From NCBI GenBank assembly GCA_002269645.1, contig NIVC01000239.1, positions 124,001 to 188,000 of the forward strand: a stretch of DNA of 64,000 nucleotides, given 5' to 3'. Shown piece by piece: positions 48,897 through 62,410 of this stretch. The position numbers were made by a program, and so were the translations under genes. Each line of letters starts with the position of its first letter. Position 1 is the first letter of the stretch. The DNA comes from Macrostomum lignano. Its lineage: Eukaryota. The notes beneath the pieces were generated by a model. It saw nothing but the letters and a program-made list of their open reading frames with translations. It did no database searches and had not been told where the DNA came from.

Positions 48897-51800
48897 CTAG
48901 GCGAGCTGCACATTATTGGCGGACAGGTACTGCTGCAGGTACTGCTGCGCCTGCGGGTCCGCCTGGCGAATCAGCGGCTGCAGCTGGCCGGGGGCGCGCA
49001 TGCTGAGATCTCGCAGGCCTCTGGCCAGCCCGGACTTGGCGTCGGTGCCTCCGGCGGCTCCTCCAGAGATCAGCGACAAGTCGACGGTGGCCGGCTTGCC
49101 GGCGAACACCAGCTGGTTGTAGCTGGCCGCGCCGCTGCCGATGCCGCCGGCGTGGTCACCGGCTGGGCCGTCCGAGGCGAACGCGCCGGCCAGCTGATCC
49201 TCTTCGCCAACCTCCGCCTGCGGCAGTTCAATGAGGGCCACCAGAGCGGTCAGCAGCTTGGGCCACTGGGCCGCGTAAGTGCTGAGCATGGCTGCAGGAT
49301 TCCAAGGGATTATTGGTAAGGTTGGATGCGATTGCGGAGGCGCGGATATGGTGATGGGATCATACACAAATCGGATGGGATCATACGCAAATCGGATGGG
49401 ATCATACACAAATCGGATGGGATCATAAAGAAACCGATCGAATGGAATCATATAAGAATCAGATGGGATCATACGCACGTATAGATCAGATGGGATAATC
49501 TAGAAATCGGATGGGATAATTCAGAAATCGGATGGGATCATTTAGAAATTGGATGGGATAATCTAGAAATCGGATGGGATAAGTCTGAAATCGGATGGGA
49601 TAATCTAGAAATCGGATGGGATAAGTCAGAAATCGGATGGGATCATATAGAAATCGGATGGGATAATCTAGAAATCGGATGGGATAATCTAGAAATCGGA
49701 TGGGATAATCTAGAAATCGGATGGGATAAGTCAGAAATCGGATGGGATCATATAGAAATCGGATGGGATAATCTAGAAATCGGATGGGATAATCTAGAAA
49801 TCGGATGGGATAATCTAGAAATCAGATAAGATAATTCAGAAATCGGATGGGATAATCTAGAAATCGGATGGGATCAAATCACCACCTGGACATTCCGTGA
49901 GCACGCGGCTAAAGCCGAGGCTGCAGACACGCCTGTCGGCACCGGCGTCAACCTTCTGCATGTCGGCCAGCACGAGGCTCTCCACCACCATGGCGAACAT
50001 GCCGGCCTGGACGCCGTCCACAGCAGCAACCAGCCGGTCGGCGCCCTTAGCCAGAGCATAGGCCGCCAAAAACACCAGCAGCTGTTTCACGTATTTAACA
50101 GTCCTGGTGCGCATCAGGCGCTGAAACACCAGCATCAGCACCGGCCTGGTGTACTTCTCCATCAGAGCGTCTGGCAGGCTGACAACCAGCTGGCACAGCA
50201 GGGCGAACGCGTGATGATCATGCGCCTTGGACTCCAGCAGCTTCTGGAACACGCCAAGCACGGAGCTGACCCGGGCCTCTGTGAGGCTCTGCCCGGCCGA
50301 GCGGACAAAGGCGCGCAGCAGGCGAGCTAAGGCGGGCACGTTGGCCGGCGACTCCCACAGCACCGGGGCCAGCAGGAAGGGGAACAGGGCCCAGTAGGGC
50401 TCGCTCGGCCCGTCCCGATGCTGCTCTAGCAACACGGCGAGCACCTGCAGCAAGGGAGTTATTGAGTGAATCGCCATTCCCTACCCTCTCTCTCTTCCCC
50501 ACCCTCTCCCTCTCTTTCTTCCCCACCCTCTCCCTCTCTCTCTTCCCCACCCTCTCCCTCTCCCTCTTCCCCACCCTCTCCCTCTCTCTCTTCCCCACCC
50601 TCTCCCTCTCTCTCTTCCCCACCCTCTGCCTCTCTCTCTTCCCCACCCTCAACCTCTCTCTCTTCCCCACCCTCTCCCTCTCTCTCTTCCCCACCCTCTC
50701 CCTCTCTCTCTTCCCCACCCTCTCCCTCTCTCTCTTCCCCACCCTCTCCCTCTCTCTCTCTTCCCCACCCTCTCCCTCTCTCTCTCTTCCCCACCCTCTC
50801 CCTCTCTCTCTTCCCCACCCTCTCCCTCTCTCTTCCCCACCCTCTCCCTCTCTCTCTTCCCCACCCTCTCCCTCTCTCTCTTCCCCACCCTCTCCCTCTC
50901 TCTCTTCCCCACCCTCTCCCTCTCTCTCTTCCCCACCCTCTCCCTCTCTCTCTTCCCCACCCTCTCCCTCTCTCTCTTCCCCACCCTCCCCTCTCTCTCT
51001 TCCCCACCCTCTCTCTCTCTCTCTTCCCCACCCTCTCCCTCTCTCTCTTCCCCACCCTCTCTCTCTTCCCCACCCTCTCCCTCTCTCTTCCCCACCCTCT
51101 CCCTCATTCTCTTCCCCACCCTCTCCCTCTCTCTCTTCCCCACCCTCTCCCTCTCTCTCTCTTCCCCACCCTCTCCCTCTCTCTCTTCCCCACCCTCTTC
51201 CTCTTCCTCTTCCCCTACTTCCCCTCCATCTTTCCCAGCTTCTCCCTTCTACAAGTTCAAATCTCACCTGAAAAGTGTAGGGCAAAAAGTCGGTAACATC
51301 CCGCTGTAGAATATCCTGAAACAGCGGGAATAGCGCGGCCTCGAACTGGGCAGCCGAACTCGAATCCGCCTGACAAGCCGTGGTGACGCACAGACACAGC
51401 GACTCGAATAGATAGTGATTGAACAGCGGCTTTGATGGATTCTGCAGTGACGGTGGTTGGCGGAGTGCATAGTACAGATTTCGCCTTTCGCCCAAGGCAA
51501 TTTAAGAATGCCAGAAAAGAAAACAAGATTCCCTAAGAGAAAAAAGATGCGGATGAAAGAGATTGAAACCGCAAAAAATGAAAAGTGATTTTATGGACTG
51601 GCACACCGCAATTATGCATTAGGCTCGGCAGCTGGCTGACATGCAGCTTCGGGGACCCCGGGGCAAATAGGCGCGCGTCAGGGACTGTCCCAGCCTCCCT
51701 GCCTTCGACCCCATCTTTTTTTTGAAAAATTCTAATCGGCGAATTTTCAGGCGCCACCTGCCGTTGTATGTCAAGGTCGCATCATATAAGGCATCATTTA

Positions 51801-54800
51801 GCTAGGCTGGGCCAGTGGGCACAGCCTGCTTCTTACTGAATATTATTCGTATCATTTATAGACTAGCAACTTTTTATGCCCTGCTTTCTCTGCAGTACAC
51901 ATAGACATATAGGCGGTTGCATACTCATTCTATTTTTCGAGTTGCGCTATTCATATTGCCCTAAGCCTTCAAGCCCTAAAGCTAACGAATTTTGGGAAAT
52001 AGATGAAGTTTTATTGTTACGTCGCAGCTGCGCAATGAGGGTATTCGGAATTTGTCTGGCATTATCCTTATCCCGCAGTCGCCGGCTTATTTTATGACTT
52101 CCAGTGAGGAAATATAGCTTTCTGCAGCTAAGTTGGGCTTACACGAATTACAACAATATACCAGCGTATTATCCGCCTGCAACAATGGACAGACTGCATG
52201 CCATAAACGATGAAGCGCACGAGTATCTAAGGTTGCTAATGCACTCAAAAGCCAAGCGTTAAACTGAATTATCAAATAAAAAGCAGTAGATCGAGTTTCC
52301 ATCTCGAGCTTGGTCACTTTGGACCATAGACAGAAGCGTATCATTCTATATTGTGCCGATCATGGTATCTTTGGACCATAGACAAAGATTTATATCAATC
52401 TTAGCTGGTTTCCGAATGACTGCATATCTGGCTTAACTATGGATGAAATGGAGTCACATCACAAGCTCGAAAAATCACATCGTCGAAAAGCACCCACCAT
52501 TAGAAGCTCGAAAAGTCACATCGTCGAAACATCAATGAAATTCAACTTCAACGTGAGCTACGAGTAGAGAAAGAAATGTATGAAGATTTTGAATGTCTAA
52601 CTTTTAAAGAGCTCTGTGCACTTCTGCCAAACGACTCAGTTATTCATCAGGAAGCAATGAAGCGCATCAATATGAAGAAACAAAGGTGGAACCAACCCAC
52701 CCAGAGACAAGAGATTCATGATGACATACAATTTCGCCTCCTTTGATATCGGTTCGTGCAGTGCTGATGAACTGGCGGGCAAGGTGCGACTGCTTTACGC
52801 TTCGCTGAGAAAGGAAGACGGTTCTCTATACGCGTCGTCATATTTAATCGGTATGGGAGCTGAATCCATTTGTTGTAATGTTATATTGTTATAATTAAAA
52901 GTTAAACTATTAACTGGCAAATAAACATCTACTCAGCATGCATGTACGCACTTTATGTCGTTAAACCACTCCGAAACGACTTTTCGTTTGATAATAATAG
53001 GAGATTCAATTATTAGATTTTGACTGCTTGGACATCGCTACCTATGCAGTTATTGGGTTGAGCGCACGGTGCACGGTGTAATGAATTAATCCAACCAAGA
53101 TGTGAAAAAGGGACAAAGCTTAATTTTATTTTTTGCGAGCGTACAATGCAGACTTAGGCTCACCAAAGCGCTTATAAATACAGGTTTAAAAGGACCCAAG
53201 AGGTGAAAAGCTAGCTTTGAAGTGGCCTCCACATTCAAATATATTCGTCCAATGCTCGTCCGTCAGCTCTTCCAGTTGCTCGTTCAATCTACGAGTAGTT
53301 CTAGCCTGACTTAAAGAAGGTGGAAGAACTTTTTTTGAATACCTGCATGTGCTAAGGGAGGGTTTTCACTTCACAGTACAGCTTGAGTGTCGCTGGCCCT
53401 CAACAGCGAGTCATACTAGGGGGGATTAGCGATCAGTTAAAACCCTTCTCCGCCGATTCCTTCCTTCTCCCTCCGGCTCACAATTTCTTTCAACAGTTAA
53501 TTCCTACTTTATCGGTCTGTCTGTAGCAGCTGACGCTAGTTTCTACGGAATTGACAGGCTATTTAGATCGAGTCGCCAGAAAATAGCAAGGATAGATATA
53601 TCCGAGAAAAGGGTTGACTATTGAGTCGCATAATTTCTTTATAAACCAAAGGCGCAATCTTATTGGCCAAGCTGTCAACAACCAATCAGTCTAAGCAAGC
53701 AAGCAGAAACGATCGCTACAAAAGGACAATAAGACAGTCTCTCCAAGATGAGGATATTCAATCCTAGACAAGGTAAAATCGTCCACAATAGGCATAGCTG
53801 ATTATCCACATGGACTTGGACCCGGCGGTGCGGAGACTATGCCAGGAGCTGGCCTGTCTAGACAGGCTCGAGCGAACACCGGGAGCCAGCGATCAGCTCA
53901 GACGTTGTCTGCTTAGCCTGGCGCTTAGCGTCCAACCGTCGATTCGGGCCTGGATCTACACTAGGCGCCTAATGATATTCGCTGGAGTTACCTGCCTGCT
54001 AACAGGCCTGCTGTACGGCTTAGTGGAAGCTCGCGATCCTAAACTAGACGATATGGGCAAGCTAGATCTCCAAGCTAATAGACACTGGTTGTTGGGCACA
54101 CCTGTGCTCATTCTCACCGCAGTGATCATCTTCTTGGCTGCTCAGCTAGTTAATAACTACATCTGGCTGGCTAGCATGCGGGTGAAACGGCAACTCAGAG
54201 CCAGACTGGCCCCGCTGCTGTTACCGGCGCCGCTAGCTGTGCAGAATCATTCGGTCAGTAATAATATCAACAGTGCCAACAGGCCATGCGAACCAGCCGA
54301 TGGCGTAGCCATCAATGTCGGCAATAATTATGCCACCGATAGCGACAATAATAAGGAGGTCTACTTGTAGCATCGGTTTGAAACTGAGAACTAGATTTAA
54401 GAACTGCCAAGACCATTTAATAAAAGCTCTTTATAAGGTGAGTTGAGCCTCTCTGCATCGTTGGATCATTTGATAGGTCACAACCCTCTGAATCCTTTGA
54501 TTGACCGCCTTTCTTTCAATCCTTGATTAGCAGCGGCTCCCTTTCATCACCTCTGATGAACAATCTCCCTTTAATCCCTTGATGAACCACCCCCACCTTA
54601 GTCCTTTGATGAACCATCTCCCTTTAATCCCTTGATGAACCATTTCCCTTTAATCCCTTGATGAACCATTTCCCTTTAATCCCTTGATGAACCATTTCCC
54701 TTTAATCCCTTGCTGAACCATTTCCCTTTAATCCCTTGCTGAACCATTTCCCTTTAATCCCTTGATGAACCATCTCCCTTTAATCCCTTGCTGAACCATT

Positions 54801-57800
54801 TCCCTTTAATCCCTTGATGAACCATCTCAACCTTAGTCCCTTGATGAACCATCTCAACCTTAGTCCCTTGATGAACCATCTCCCTTTAATCCCTTGATGA
54901 ACCATTTCCCTTTAATCCCTTGCTGAACCATTTCCCTTTAATCCCTTGATGAACAATCTCCCTTTAATCCCTTGATGAACCATCTCCACCTTAGTCCCTT
55001 GATGAACCATTTCCCTTTAATCCCTTGATGAACAATCTCTCTTCAATCCCTTGATGAACCATCTCCCTTTAATCCCTTGATGAACAAAAATATCCCCCTT
55101 AATCCCTTGATGAACCATCTCCCCCTTAGTCCCTTGATGAACCATTTCCCTTTAATCCCTTGATGAACCATCTCCCCCTTAGTCCCTTGATGAACCATTT
55201 CCCTTTAATCCCTTGATGAACCATCTCCCCCTTAGTCCCTTGATGAACAATTTCCCTTTAATCCCTTGATGAACCATCTCCCCCTTAGTCCCTTGATGAA
55301 CCATTTCCCTTTAATCCCTTGATGAACCATCTCCCCCTTAGTCCCTTGATGAACCATTTCCCTTTAATCCCTTGATGAACCATCTCCCCCTTAGTCCCTT
55401 GATGTTGATGAACCATTTCCCTTTAATCCCTTGATGAACCATTTCCCTTTAATCCCTTGATGAACGATCTCCCCCTTAATCCCTTGATGAACAATCTACC
55501 CTTAATCCCTTGATGAACAATCTACCCTTAATCCCTTGATGAACAGTCCTCCCTTAATCCCTTGATGAACAGTCTGCACTTTAATTTATGCACATTTGCT
55601 CAAAGCTCAATCGCTGTGTATCACCAATACAGTACATAATAATAAAAATGAAAAAAGACATGACAATGAAAAACTGTCATGTCTTGTTGTTAGGTACATC
55701 TTATGCATGTCTATACTATTTTTTAACAAGTCCAAGTTTCATAGAGCTTCCTAGATAATAAAATTGGCGACTTTCGTATTTTTTGCATACGTCACTAACG
55801 TGTAGATAATGTATAGTACAAGTGCAGATTCGCGCGCCATTCTACCATTACTGTATAGGGATAGCTACAAACCGTATAGTGCAGTAAGGATTGAAATATA
55901 CGAGTATGTAATGATGTGATATTAAAATACAATGCCCTATGCAATAATATATGTGATACGTTTTATTTAAATACAAATAAATCAATTAAGATCTACTTGA
56001 TTTATTGACTGATGGGATCTGACCAACTCATTAACTGATTATAAGTAGCGGGATTTGACCAACTCACTAACTGATTATAAGTAGCGGGATTTGACCAGCT
56101 CACTAACTGATTATTAGCGGGATTTGACCAGCTCACTAACTGATTATTAGCGGGATTTGACCAGCTCACTAACTGATTATAAGTAGCGGGATTTGACCAG
56201 CTCACTAACTGATTATTAGCGGGATTTGACCAGCTCACTAACTGATTATTAGCGGGATTTGACCAGCTCACAAACTGATTATTAGCGGGATTTGACCAGC
56301 TCACTAACTGATTATTAGCGGGATTTGACCAGCTCACTAACTGATTATTAGCGGGATTTGACCAGCTCACTAACTGATTATTAGCGGGATTTGACCAGCT
56401 CACTAACTGATTATTAGCGGGATTTGACCAGCTCATTAACTGATTATTAGCGGGATTTGACCAGCTCACTAACTGATTATTAGCGGGATTTGACCAGCTC
56501 ACTAACTGATTATTAGCGGGATTTGACCAGCTCACTAACTGATTATTAGCGGGATTTGACCAGCTCACTAACTGATTATTAGCGGGATTTGACCAGCTCA
56601 CTAACTGATTATTAGCGGGATTTGACCAGCTCACTAACTGATTATTAGCGGGATTTGACCAGCTCACTAACTGATTATTAGCGGGATTTGACCAGCTCAC
56701 AAACTGATTATTAGCGGGATTTGACCAGCTCACTAACTGATTATTAGCGGGATTTGACCAGCTCACAAACTGATTATTAGCGGGATTTGACCAGCTCACT
56801 AACTGATTATTAGCGGGATTTGACCAGCTCACTAACTGATTATTAGCGGGATTTGACCAGCTCACTAACTGATTATTAGCGGGATTTGACCAGCTCACTA
56901 ACTGATTATTAGCGGGATTTGACCAGCTCACTAACTGATTATTAGCGGGATTTGACCAGCTCACTAACTGATTATTAGCGGGATTTGACCAGCTCAATGC
57001 CAGGCGGCAAACTCACCTTAGACACCTGCTGTATGATATAGGTGAGCCGGGGCACAATCAGGCCAAAGCACGACAGAGATCGCCTCTTATAAGTGAACAG
57101 AGAGCGCATCAGACACTTCATAGCGTAGTCATTCTCTTCCGAGCCCGCTCGGCTCAACAGGCCAAACAGACCCTGGAACAGCGCCTGCGGCTCAGGCATA
57201 TTCTCTGACGTGACAACCAGAGCTCCGGCATTGCGCACAGTCTGGGCATTCTCTAGAAAGGCGGCAGCGTACGAATGACACACTGGCGACTCGGCAGCCA
57301 GATGGGCAACAGCCAGCGGCAGGGCGCCGATAATCATATCTGGCGGCAGTTGCGATCGGAAGGTGACCAGAAATTTCAGGCAGGCAGCCCGAACAACTGG
57401 CAGGGTGTCAACGCCGGACTCTTGCAGCTCAGGCAAGGCCTGGGTGCGGCAGAACTCGGCCATGTTGACCAGCTCGGTGGCCTGGGTGACACCGTGTCGG
57501 CTAGTCTGAGCCTTGGCCGCTAGTGAGGTCACCAGGTACAGTGCGGCATCTTTGCTGCGCCAGGCAGACTGCCTATTGGCCGAGTACTCCTGCAGCAGGT
57601 GCTGCACGTACTGGCTGAAGTGCCCGATGACTGGGCCTTCAAATGATTTGCACAGCGCCCTGACTAGGTCGCAGGCGGCGCGGCGACGTGTGTCCTGATC
57701 GCTGCCCTCCATGTCGCGGCGGATGTACCTGGCCAACGGAAGGGTGATGGTAGCTGTGTAGGTTCGTCTCGATGCACTCAAGTGCTTGTCTACTTGTCTA

Positions 57801-60800
57801 TAGGAGCGGAATGAAGTGTAGTTTAGTAGCGGAATGAAGTATTAAATTAGTAGCGGAATGAAGTATTAAATTAGTAGCGGAATGAAGTATTACCTTAGTA
57901 GCGGAATGAAGCATTAAATTAGTAGCGGAATGAAGTATTACCTTAGTAGCGGAATGAAGTATTACCTTTGTAGCGGAATGAAGTATTACCTTTGTAGCGG
58001 AATGAAGGATTACCTTAGTAGCGGAATGAAGTATTACCTTAGTAGCAGAATGAAGTATTAAATTAGTAGCGGAATGAAGTATTACCTTAGTAGCGGAATG
58101 AAGTATTACCTTTGTAGCGGAATGAAGTATTACCTTTGTAGCGGAATGAAGGATTACCTTAGTAGCGGAATGAAGGATTACCTTAGTAGCGGAATGAAGG
58201 ATTACCTTAGTAGTAGCGGAATGAAGTATTACCTTAGTAGCGGAATGAAGGATTACCTTAGTAGCGGAATGAAGGATTACCTTAGTAGCGGAATGAAGGA
58301 TTACCTTATTAGCGGAATGAAGTATTACCTTAGTAGCGGAATGAAGGATTAGCTTAGTAGCGGAATGAAGGATTAGCTTAGGAGCGGAATGAAGGATTAG
58401 CTTAGGAGCGGAATGAAGTATTAGCTTAGGAGCGGAATGAAGTATTAGCTTAGGAGCGGAATGAAGGATTACCTTAGTAGCGGAATGAAGGATTACCTTA
58501 GGAGCGGAATGAAGTATTAGCTTAGGAGCGGAATGAAGTATTAGCTTAGGAGCGGAATGAAGGATTAGCTTAGTAGCGGAATGAAGGATTAGCTTAGTAG
58601 CGGAATGAAGTTTTACGTTAGTAGCGGAATGAAGTATTAGCTTAGGAGCGGAATGAAGTATTAGCTTAGGAGCGGAATGAAGTATTAGCTTAGGAGCGGA
58701 ATGAAGCATTAGCTTAGGAGCGGAATGAAGTTTTACCTTAGTAGCGGAATGAAGTATTAGCTTAGGAGCGGAATGAAGTATTAGCTTAGGAGCGGAATGA
58801 AGTATTAGCTTAGGAGCGGAATGAAGCATTAGCTTAGGAGCGGAATGAAGTATTAGCTTAGGAGCGGAATGAAGTATTAGCTTAGGAGCGGAATGAAGTA
58901 TTAGCTTAGGAGCGGAATGAAGTATTAGCTTAGGAGCTAGATAAGAAAGTACAGGATTGAAACAAAAAATAACAAAACCAAGCACTTACTCTTCGGCGTT
59001 GTAATGAAACAGCTCCTCATCAGACGGTCTCAAATGCATATTAGGAATAACAATTCGTTCGCACAGCTGTCTGAGAGTTTCCGGCTCGCCAAATAGCTGC
59101 TTGTTTTGCGGTCGTTCGGCCACGCTAGCCAAGAATTTGATAGCATTGCTAACTAGCAGGTCGTATTTAGACTGCGGCCCGTGGCCAGTAGCAAGCTCCA
59201 GACGTCCTTGACAAAGTCTGGCAGATAGGGGGCGAATTCTTCATCGTATTTGCAAGCGTATAGGCTGACAATTTCGCAGATCTGCGAGCCGATCTGCTCC
59301 AGAATTCCGGCTTCGTCAGGATCGGCGGATTCCAACAGCGGGCTGCGCAGCTGCAGCAGCTCCCGGAGGCGGGGCATCCATTTCGGCATGTTGTCCTCGA
59401 AGAATTCCGGAATGTCCTGGTAGTTTAAGCTGTAGAATATCTTGCAGATTAGCAGTAGGCAGCCGCACACGGTCTGAGGGAGGCAGCGTGAGTATTGGAG
59501 AGGGAGACGGTAATGCGAGCGAATCGATGTGCCTGTATGACCCGCTTTGACAATTTTCATGTATGCCCCATTTAGAACCTAAACCACCAATTTTGGAACC
59601 TAAATAACCCATTTTGGCGCCAAAGATACATCTCAACCCCCGCCTCCCAGATCCACCTATGAACCTATGCGTATATTCATTAGACAACATTCATACCTAT
59701 TTTGAAAGCTCAATATGACTCATTTCAGCCTCCGTATGACGCAATTTAGCATCGACATGACCCAACTCAAGTCTCAATATAACCCAAATCCAGCCCCAAG
59801 ATGACTCAAATCCAGCCCCCACATGACCCCTCAAATCCAGCCCCCACATGACCCTCATCCAGCCCCAACATGACCCTCATCCAGCCCCAACATGACCCAA
59901 ATCCAGCCCCAACATGACTCAAATCCAGCCCCAACACGACTCAAATCCAGCCCCAACACGACTCAAATCCAGCCTCAACACGACTCAAATCCAGCCCCAA
60001 CACGACTCAAATCCAGCCCGAACATGACCCCCAAAATCAAGCCCCAAAATGACCCAAATCCAGCCCCAACACGACTCAAATCCAGCCCCAACACGACTCA
60101 AATCCAGCCCGAACATGACCCCCAAAAGCAAGCCCAAAACGACCCAAATCCAGCCCCAACACGACTCAAATCCAGCCCCAACACGACTCAAATCCAGCCC
60201 CAACACGACTCAAATCAAGCCCCAAAACGACCCAAATCCAGCCACAACACGACTCAAATCCAGCCCCAACACGACTCAAATCCAGCCCCAACACGACTCA
60301 AATCCAGCCCCAACATGACTCAAATCCAGCCCGAACATGACCCCCCAAAATCAAGCCCCAAAACGACCCAAATCCAGCCCCAACACGACTCAAATCTAGC
60401 CCCAACATGACTCAAATCCAGCCCCAACACGATTCAAATCCAGCCCCAACACGACTCAAATCAAGCCCCAAAACGACACAAATCCAGCCCCAACACGACT
60501 CAAATCCAGCCCCCACATGACCAAAATCCAGCCCGAACATGACCCCCCAAAATCAAGCCCCAAAACGACTCAAATCCAGCCCCAACACGACTCAAATCCA
60601 GCCCTAACACGACTCAAATCCAGACCCAAGACGACTCAAATCCAGCCCCAACATGACTCAAATCCAGCCCCGACACGACTCAAATCCAGCCCCAACATGA
60701 CTCAAATCCAGCCCCGACACGACTTAAATCCAGCCCCCACATGACCCAAATCAAGCCCGAACATGACCCCCCAAAATCAAGCCCCAAAACGACTCAAATC

Positions 60801-61492
60801 CAGCCGCAACATGACCAAATCCAGCCCCGACATGACCCAGCACTATAGAGTCAAATTTAGGCAGTCGGAACCCCGCAGACGCAGACCTGCAGGCCATCCT
60901 TATTAGACGCGCTGGCCTGAGCGGCGGCATAGTCCATAGCGGCCAGAAACAGGTCCGTAAGCGGCTGGGCAAAATTCTGCAGCACGTATTTGATCTCCAG
61001 CCAGAGCCGGTCCGATCGGGACTCGTACCGATAGCGCCGGAACAGCGAGTGTGCAGTTTTCAATACGCCATTGATTGCGTGAAAATCGCCCGAACTAAAT
61101 CTGGCCACCAGCTGGCCAATCAGGCCCGGCCAACGGTCGGGGAAATCGGCCCGACCAATCAGGGCGATCACGTCGGACAGCTGGTTCTGCAGGGCGGCCG
61201 GGCTGGACAGCATGGCGTCGACTAGTTCGACCTTCAGGCGTTCCCGATCGTCGTGAGCAATGGAAGTGTCAGCGGCTTCATCGTCGCGCCAGTGCTGCTT
61301 GACGCTGTTCTTCAGCAGCACCGCGGCGGACAGGCGGACTGTGCTGGACAGGTTCGGCTGGCAGACAATGTGCAGCAGAGAGAGCGGGAAGCCCGGCTGG
61401 CAGGCCGAGGACTGGAGGTGCTGCTCGCTTGGCTTGCGAACAGCCGGATCGGGTGAGACCGTGTTCTCAATGTGCTTCACAATGGCTTCCAT
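48897..61492 (-). CDS. CSE1L: Exportin-2 / CSE1L: complement(join(48897..49291,49886..50444,51268..51441,57017..57728,58990..59473,60887..61492)); apparent 1-bp deletion at ~59178
   Basis: Motifs SPDPAVRKPSEQHL, FPDRWPGL, RYRYESRSDRLWLEIKYVL, FYSLNYQDIPEFFEDNM, KYDLLVSNAI, EEYIRRDMEGSDQDTRRRAACDLV, NPSKPLFNHYLFE, NVPALARLL. All introns are GT-AG and phase-consistent. Exon sum 2930 nt (+1 = 977 codons), the expected size for the family. Confidence 0.96.
49350..49875. repeat. 21-bp array in CSE1L intron 5
   Basis: Unit GAAATCGGATGGGATAATCTA. Confidence 0.93.
50478..51200. repeat. ~23-25-bp pyrimidine-rich array in CSE1L intron 4
   Basis: Unit CTCTCTCTCTTCCCCACCCTCTCC. Confidence 0.95.
53810..54370 (+). 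CDS. Hypothetical 186-aa protein with two predicted TM helices, nested antisense in CSE1L intron 3
   Basis: ATG-initiated, non-repetitive, GC-rich like host exons. Hydrophobic stretches LMIFAGVTCLLTGLLYGLV and WLLGTPVLILTAVIIFLAAQLV. AATAAA ~50 bp after the stop. Confidence 0.6.
   Translation: MDLDPAVRRLCQELACLDRLERTPGASDQLRRCLLSLALSVQPSIRAWIYTRRLMIFAGVTCLLTGLLYGLVEARDPKLDDMGKLDLQANRHWLLGTPVLILTAVIIFLAAQLVNNYIWLASMRVKRQLRARLAPLLLPAPLAVQNHSVSNNINSANRPCEPADGVAINVGNNYATDSDNNKEVYL
54500..55575. repeat. 26-bp array in CSE1L intron 3, just downstream of the nested ORF
   Basis: Unit CCCTTGATGAACCATTTCCCTTTAAT. Confidence 0.95.
56018..56997. repeat. Highly homogeneous 33-bp array in CSE1L intron 3
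   Basis: Unit AGCGGGATTTGACCAGCTCACTAACTGATTATT, with a few 37-bp variants. Confidence 0.97.
57800..58935. repeat. 24-bp array in CSE1L intron 2
   Basis: Unit AGCGGAATGAAGTATTAGCTTAGG and variants. Confidence 0.96.
59760..60840. repeat. 22-bp array in CSE1L intron 1
   Basis: Unit CCAGCCCCAACACGACTCAAAT. Confidence 0.93.
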
Positions 61493-61649
61493 TACTATTA
61501 TATATAGTTTCAAGTCGGCTTAAGTGTCTGTGTTGATTTGGGCGAAGTTGTTCTTATATCAAGCATGAAATTCGATTGAGGAAGTACAATTATGGTATTA
61601 ATTTGAAACGTGAAATTCTAATCATAACAGATTATTGCAGTAATTAGGC

Positions 61650-62410
61650 CAGGGGTCGGCTACCTTTTTTTACCTTCAAGGGCCGGATAAAGAATCCAGC
61701 TTATGGCTGCAGGCCAGATGGGAGAAGGAATAGAATATAATAGAATGAGGAAAAGGAAAAATTAAAAAGCACTTTTCTAAAAAACCAATTCCTTCTTCAG
61801 TTTTAAAAATCACCTTATTCAAGTAAAATTTCACGGACAAAGATGTTTGCTATGAAGCTCTTTCTTTTCTAAAATTAGCTCTTAACAAAGACGACAAAAT
61901 AAAGCTTTCACAAAAAATAGACATTCCCCCTAAATAAAAATATAACCAAGATAGCAAGCATCCCCCAGACAGCAAGCATCTCCCAGACAGCAAGCATCCT
62001 TCAGATAGCAAGCATCCCCCAGATAGCAAGCATCCCCCAGATAGCAAGCATCCCCCAGATAGCAAGCATCCCCAGATAGCAAGCATCCCCAGATTGCAAG
62101 CATCCCCCAGATAGCAAGCATCCCCAGATAGCAAGCACCCCCCAGATAGCAAGCATCCCCCAGATAGCAAGCATCCCCCAGATAGCAAGCATCCCCCAGA
62201 TAGCAAGCATCCCCAGATAGCAAGCACCCCCCCTTTTCCAAGAATAAGCAACCGCAGATAGCAAGCATCCTGAAGATAGCAAGTAGAAGATGATAGATGA
62301 TAGAGGAGAGAAGAGGAGAGAGAGCTGAGAAGAGACACCAACCTGGAACGGGACGGATTGCTATTGTGAAGTTTCAAAGGACCCGGAGGGCCGGATATAG
62401 AGAGGCTCAA
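61650..62410. mobile_element. Possible truncated hAT (Charlie-like) non-autonomous element carrying a 19-bp array
   Basis: Begins CAGGGGTCGGCTACCTTTTTT...AAGGGCCGGA; GGAGGGCCGGAT near 62390; no intact right TIR or TSD. Confidence 0.45.
61948..62282. repeat. ~19-bp minisatellite (CAGATAGCAAGCATCCCCC)n
   Basis: Reverse complement of the unit at 8480-9050. Confidence 0.93.

Noticed and set aside
56002-56997. 331-aa ORF (SWSNPANNQLV)n
   Set aside because: It is the translation of a 33-bp intronic minisatellite. A unit length divisible by 3 with no stop gives a long ORF by chance.
57798-58985. 395-aa ORF spanning nearly all of CSE1L intron 2
   Set aside because: 24-bp repeat artefact. Intron retention hits TAA immediately (GAG TAA), so it cannot extend exportin-2.
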